A DNA stretch of 64,000 bases from Candidatus Omnitrophota bacterium (GTDB taxonomy: Bacteria > Omnitrophota > Gorgyraeia > B26-G9): contig JAZDHZ010000033.1 in the NCBI GenBank assembly GCA_043805415.1, positions 25,600 to 89,599 of the forward strand, written 5' to 3'. Positions 59,414 through 64,000 of this stretch are shown here, piece by piece. The translations under genes and the position numbers were made by a program. The notes under the pieces were generated by a model. That model searched no databases and was not told where the DNA came from. It was given only the letters and a program-made list of their open reading frames with translations. Positions within the stretch are counted from its first letter, which is position 1. Each line of letters begins with the position of its first letter.

Positions 59414-60926
59414 AAATAGTTCGATCAAGAAAGTTTTGTTTGTTTCTCCGCCTTCTAGAGCCTTTAACCACTATCGACCGCCTTTGGCATTAATGTATCT
59501 TTCCGGTTATTTAAAAAAACAGGGTATTCAAACGGAAATTATTGATTGTATTATTAAGGATCAGGTTAGAAGCAAGTCTTTTGATCGAAATAAGGATATT
59601 TATTTAGCTAAAGTAAGGGAAAACACAATAAAGCATATAATTGAAACGGATACTGATATAGTTTGTATAACTTGTTATACTCCTGAATTACAAGAAGTTG
59701 AAACCCTAGCTGCTGAGATTAAAAATAAAAAAAAAGGAATAAAGATTGTTGTCGGCGGAGTCCATCCTATGTTTTTCCCTGAACATTTCATTTGCGATAA
59801 TTCTAATTTTGATTTTGTGGTTATAGGTGAAGGCGAGGTAACTCTTTTTGAATTAGTCAAGGCAATTAGGAATAATGCTTATCAATATAACTTGGTTGAC
59901 GGTATAGCATACTGGGATAAACAATCAAATAAGCTGATAATAAATAAAAGACGAGTTTTGGCTGAAAATTTAGATGAGATATCATTTCCTGATTATGAAG
60001 ATTTAGATATGGATTTTTATACAACAGCATCGCCGTATGCGATAAGAGGAGTTTTTTCTAAAAGTTTTTATGTTTTATCATCTAGAGGTTGTCCATCTTC
60101 TTGTACTTTTTGTGTGTCGAAAAAATTGAGAGAATTTTACTCAGGTGAGCGTTTTGTCAGGCTGCGTTCTCCTGAATCCTTGTATAAGGAGATTAAGGAT
60201 TTAAGAGACGAATATAAAATTGATTCGTTTTATTTTATTGATGACCTCTTTACCTTAAAAAAAGAAAATGTTCGCCAGTTCTGCCAATTAATGATTGATG
60301 ATAAATCTCCTTTGATCTGGGGCTGCTCATCTAAGGTTAACACAGTTGATTACGAAATGCTTAAAATTATGGCTGATGCCGGTTGTGTGCAGATTGATTT
60401 TGGGGTTGAAAAAGGAACGGATAGTGAGCTTAAACAGCTTAAAAAGGGAATCACTCTTGCCCAGATAGAAAAGACTTTTAAAAATTGCCGAAAACTAGGT
60501 ATTCGTACTTTTGCTAATATGCTGGTTAATACTCCCGGGGAACAGGAGGCTGATTTGCGGTCATCTTTGGCTTTTGTTCAAAGAATTAAGCCAACCATTG
60601 TTTCTTTTAATGTTTTTGCCCCATATCCAGGGTGTGAAATTTTTAATGAGCGATGCGGGAATATAAAAAGAGAAGATTATCCGGCTTTAATGAATACAGT
60701 GTTATTGATAAAAGATAAGCCTGAGAAATATAGGTTTGCAGAGCATTCGGTGGATTTGCTTGATTGGGTTATCCGTGCAAATAGAAAATATAATAAGGTT
60801 TTACCTAACTTATCAATATATTTTAGCGTCAAATATATTAAAAATATTATAAGCTCGAAATCCAAAATGGAATATTTGAAAAGGTTCGTGAGTTTATTAA
60901 AAGAATTTATAAATCAAAAATTTTAG
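59406..60926 (+). CDS. B12-binding radical SAM protein
   Basis: PPLALMYL, GGVHP, GEGE, SSRGCPSSCTFC, PYPG. Confidence 0.9.
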   Translation: MSKNSSIKKVLFVSPPSRAFNHYRPPLALMYLSGYLKKQGIQTEIIDCIIKDQVRSKSFDRNKDIYLAKVRENTIKHIIETDTDIVCITCYTPELQEVETLAAEIKNKKKGIKIVVGGVHPMFFPEHFICDNSNFDFVVIGEGEVTLFELVKAIRNNAYQYNLVDGIAYWDKQSNKLIINKRRVLAENLDEISFPDYEDLDMDFYTTASPYAIRGVFSKSFYVLSSRGCPSSCTFCVSKKLREFYSGERFVRLRSPESLYKEIKDLRDEYKIDSFYFIDDLFTLKKENVRQFCQLMIDDKSPLIWGCSSKVNTVDYEMLKIMADAGCVQIDFGVEKGTDSELKQLKKGITLAQIEKTFKNCRKLGIRTFANMLVNTPGEQEADLRSSLAFVQRIKPTIVSFNVFAPYPGCEIFNERCGNIKREDYPALMNTVLLIKDKPEKYRFAEHSVDLLDWVIRANRKYNKVLPNLSIYFSVKYIKNIISSKSKMEYLKRFVSLLKEFINQKF

Positions 60927-60951
60927 GTATTAAATAATCCTAGGGGATATT

Positions 60952-61878
60952 ATGAATTGCAGGTTATGCGCAAGCGGTGGCGTGAGAGAATTATTTCTTG
61001 CTCAAGACATTCATGGCAGACATATTTTAAGTGAAGATAAATTCGCTATACTTCAATGTGAAGCTTGCGGTGTTACTTTTACGGAAGTTGAAACCGATAG
61101 TGATTATTACAAAAAATACTATCGGGAGAATTATTATCCTCCAATTAATTCAAATAGTTTTATTGATAGGATCTTGTCCTGGATGCAAAACTTTAGTTTT
61201 AAGCAGAGATTGAAATTAATCGAAACTTATAAAAGCTCTCAGGGAAATAGAGTGCTTGAAATTGGTTGCGGCAGAGGCGAGTTTTTGAACTTTCTTCCGG
61301 ATGTTTATGAGAAAAATGGAGTTGAAATAAATGAAAAAGGATATAATTTTGTAAAAGAAAATTATAAGAATATTGATGTCCATAACCTGAGAATCAATGA
61401 TCGAACTTTTGAAGCTTCAATACTGGGTAAATTTGATGTGATAATTATGTGGCATGTGTTTGAACATATTAATGATCCAGTTATTTTTGCAGAAAATCTC
61501 GCAAAACTTTTAGCTGAAAATGGAGTGATAATCTTTGATATCCCTAATAGAAATAGCTTTGGATTTAGTTGGTGCAAAAAATGGTGGTTTCATTTAGACG
61601 CGCCGCGGCATTTATTTCATTATGACTATAATAGTATGCGTGACTTAATTAAACGCAGTAAGTTAGAAATAATTGAATTTTTGGGAAATTTCAGGGATTA
61701 TCCTCAAGATTTGCCAGCTAGTTTTTATTCAAGGTTTAAAACAAATAATTTTATCAGCAATCTTTTCCTGTTCATTTTTGTTTTACCTATAGCGACAATT
61801 TTTAGATTAATAATCGCCCTGTTTTTACCGAAACGAGCTGAGATCAATACCTATATAGTAAAACATTATAAAGGATAG
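60952..61878 (+). CDS. Class I SAM methyltransferase with N-terminal Zn-ribbon
   Basis: CRLC...CEAC, LEIGCGRG, HVFEH, APRH. Confidence 0.8.
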   Translation: MNCRLCASGGVRELFLAQDIHGRHILSEDKFAILQCEACGVTFTEVETDSDYYKKYYRENYYPPINSNSFIDRILSWMQNFSFKQRLKLIETYKSSQGNRVLEIGCGRGEFLNFLPDVYEKNGVEINEKGYNFVKENYKNIDVHNLRINDRTFEASILGKFDVIIMWHVFEHINDPVIFAENLAKLLAENGVIIFDIPNRNSFGFSWCKKWWFHLDAPRHLFHYDYNSMRDLIKRSKLEIIEFLGNFRDYPQDLPASFYSRFKTNNFISNLFLFIFVLPIATIFRLIIALFLPKRAEINTYIVKHYKG

Positions 61879-61940
61879 ATAGAGCCGCTAAATCAAGATC
61901 ATATTATGAAGCGCAGCAGTTTAAAACCAGGAAAATCCGT

Positions 61941-61969
61941 TTAGATTTAAAAGCTGTTTATGTTATAAT
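61941..61969 (+). promoter_or_regulatory. Putative sigma70 promoter
   Basis: TTAGAT, 17 bp spacer, TATAAT with TGn extension. Confidence 0.45.
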
Positions 61970-62009
61970 AAAAACTTCTTATTTATGTTTTTTTAAGAAA
62001 GGCAATTTA

Positions 62010-62915
62010 ATGGGGCTATCGGTTAGAGATATTAAATATGTTATCAAAACAGTAGATAAATATAAAATCCAAGGGCCATTGCTTACTTTGGGAAATCAGG
62101 ATATTTATGCTACTGAGCAACAGGTTACTGGCTGGATGAAAGAATATAATTGCAAACAATGCGTGCCAAGTTCAATTGAATATTCCACTAGCGCCAGCAC
62201 AGCGAAAATTAATACAGAAGCGAGAAAATATATTCATGCGAAAACATTCTTTGAAATGTTAGGCATTCCGGCAGATCAATACTATGATGTGGATAAGTTT
62301 GATTTTGATAAGCCGAAAATATTGTTTGATATGCAGGATGAAGTTGAGCAGAAATTCCGCGATAAGTTCAATTTTATTTTAGACAGCGGAACTTTGGAAC
62401 ATATATTTGATATAAAAGGGGTGTTGAGTAATATTGTAAAAATGACTAACTTAAACGGATATGTCCTGCATCTTATCCCTACGCATAACTTTGTAAACCA
62501 TGGATTCTATCAGTGCTGTCCTACTTTATTTTATGATTTTTATATGGCGAATGGGTTTAAGATTGTGGAGTCTTATATGGTAGAGATCAAGCCTTTATTT
62601 AATAGATATCATAAATATACACAAGAACAGGATTATTTAGGGATGTATATTTCCCCGACTAATAGATATGCTAGTGTTTTTCTTGTTCAGAAAATAGCTG
62701 AGCAGCCTAGGATTGTTAATCCAGACCAGTATTTATATAGCAAGTTAGCTCAGAATTCTGATGCTGTTAGTGCGAATTTTAATAAATCATTTATTGATAA
62801 AGTCACTAATTTTTTACGCCACATTATTCCGATCAAGTTTCATGGCGTATTTTTTAGTATATGGCAATTAATGAAACGTTTAGAAGATAAGCGAGAGTAT
62901 TTTGATATTGGATAA
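62010..62915 (+). CDS. Methyltransferase-fold protein
   Basis: LLTLGNQ, DSGTLEHIFD, NHGFYQ. Confidence 0.65.
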   Translation: MGLSVRDIKYVIKTVDKYKIQGPLLTLGNQDIYATEQQVTGWMKEYNCKQCVPSSIEYSTSASTAKINTEARKYIHAKTFFEMLGIPADQYYDVDKFDFDKPKILFDMQDEVEQKFRDKFNFILDSGTLEHIFDIKGVLSNIVKMTNLNGYVLHLIPTHNFVNHGFYQCCPTLFYDFYMANGFKIVESYMVEIKPLFNRYHKYTQEQDYLGMYISPTNRYASVFLVQKIAEQPRIVNPDQYLYSKLAQNSDAVSANFNKSFIDKVTNFLRHIIPIKFHGVFFSIWQLMKRLEDKREYFDIG

Positions 62916-63009
62916 ATGCGAATGGTTTTAATTTTTAGGAAGTTTTTGTGGTAACATTTTTCAAAAGTGAATAAAAATTTAACCGGTGATAGGGAGTAAG
63001 TTATAAGCT

Positions 63010-64000
63010 GTGAACATAAAAAATCGCCTAGTGAAAAACATTTTAGTACTCAGTATTTTTATTCTTGCCGGGATTTTAGCAGTAAGCCCGATTATTAATG
63101 ATTTTTCCGGGAAAGTATTTGGAGAGCCTAATGATGCGCTGGTTACGGTCTGGCATTTTTGGTGGTTGCAAACAGCCCATGACCAGGGGGTTTCCGAATT
63201 AAAAATTCCGATTGTCTCCGCTCCTTTTGGTGCGGACTATTCAAGGTATCCATATTATCCGGTATGGAACTTTATAAACATGCACCTTTCCTGCGCGATA
63301 GGAGAAGTGGCTGCGTACAATATTCAGATACTACTAGGATTCATTCTCTCCGGGCTTGCTATGTATTATTTTATCTTCTTTTTAACGAAAAATATGTATG
63401 CTTCAGTGCTCACTGGTTTGATCCTTACATTTTCCCCATATCATTTTTCGCATGCTTTTGAGCATCTGGGTCTTTCTAATATGCAGTGGCTTGTTTTTTA
63501 CATGTTAAGTTTATTTAATTTTCTAAAAAAACCTTCCTATATAAGCGCTGTTTTATGCGGAATCTTGTTCGCTGTAATAGGTTTTTTTGATTATTATTAT
63601 CTTTATTTTGCCGGCATATTCTCAGCTGTTCTGTTTATATATTATTGTTTTTATTACTACGCTTCATTAAGGAAAAAGATTTTTAAAAATTGGCAGTATC
63701 TTATTTTGGGCGTTTTAGTATCAGCTGTTTTATTGTTCCCGTCATTATTCCACATAGCTAAATTTTTAATCATTAAGTCTCCGGAGACTTCGGTGATAGT
63801 CACTGATTATGCGCGTCCTTTTGGCCAGCTTTTTGCTGACTCGGCGAGAATCCTTAACTATATTTTACCTGCATATTTTCACCCGATTTTGGGATGGATC
63901 ACAAGGCCTTTTATTGGTACATTTTTATATGGAGATAATCCTCCAGAGCAAACACTTTATCTCGGATGGTTTGGCTTGCTGTTTGCTTATTTCTGGGTTA
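63010..64000 (+). CDS. Polytopic membrane protein, probable GT-C/YfhO-like; truncated by the window end and absent from the ORF track
   Basis: GGGAG RBS then GTG at 63010; reads MNIKNRLVKNILVLSIFILAG...GEPNDALVTVWHFWW...FSPYHFSH...; no stop seen before base 64000. Confidence 0.75.
   Translation, partial: MNIKNRLVKNILVLSIFILAGILAVSPIINDFSGKVFGEPNDALVTVWHFWWLQTAHDQGVSELKIPIVSAPFGADYSRYPYYPVWNFINMHLSCAIGEVAAYNIQILLGFILSGLAMYYFIFFLTKNMYASVLTGLILTFSPYHFSHAFEHLGLSNMQWLVFYMLSLFNFLKKPSYISAVLCGILFAVIGFFDYYYLYFAGIFSAVLFIYYCFYYYASLRKKIFKNWQYLILGVLVSAVLLFPSLFHIAKFLIIKSPETSVIVTDYARPFGQLFADSARILNYILPAYFHPILGWITRPFIGTFLYGDNPPEQTLYLGWFGLLFAYFWV

Noticed and set aside
59727-59735. A9 run as a phase-variation site
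   Set aside because: The frame is intact and such runs are common in this AT-rich sequence.
63264-63461. 65-aa ORF from the track
   Set aside because: It is out of frame within the longer membrane-protein ORF starting at 63010.

Overview
AT-rich bacterial window (translation table 11; diderm, since it carries a WaaL-like ligase; lineage cannot be fixed from sequence alone). Bases 1-5.1 kb hold a nested palindromic element, a minus-strand GT2 + SplB-like radical SAM pair, and hisH-hisF-larE. From 5.2 kb to the window end runs one co-oriented surface-glycan cluster of over 50 genes. It encodes UDP-GlcA/UDP-xylose, GDP-fucose, a CDP-3,6-dideoxy branched-chain sugar route with DmpFG, an HpcH aldolase and a ThDP enzyme, a C-methyl sugar module and an L-QuiNAc-type module. 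It also has two Wzx, Wzz, Wzy, WaaL, GtrB/GT-C pairs, many methyltransferases and three B12-radical SAM enzymes. Most notable: (1) period-7 tandem repeats of several different sequences sit in frame inside hisH, hisF and a radical SAM gene and between genes; two tracts are mutually complementary, and related repeats flank a four-helix-bundle (IVP/Avd-like) gene in inverted orientation; (2) a translationally coupled cassette with its own candidate promoter encodes a signal-peptide 'YLDPGTGS' membrane micropeptide, a kinase-like/methyltransferase fusion (NoeA-like) and an LtaS/EptA-like membrane phosphotransferase. All product calls come from motif recognition by eye, with no database searches.
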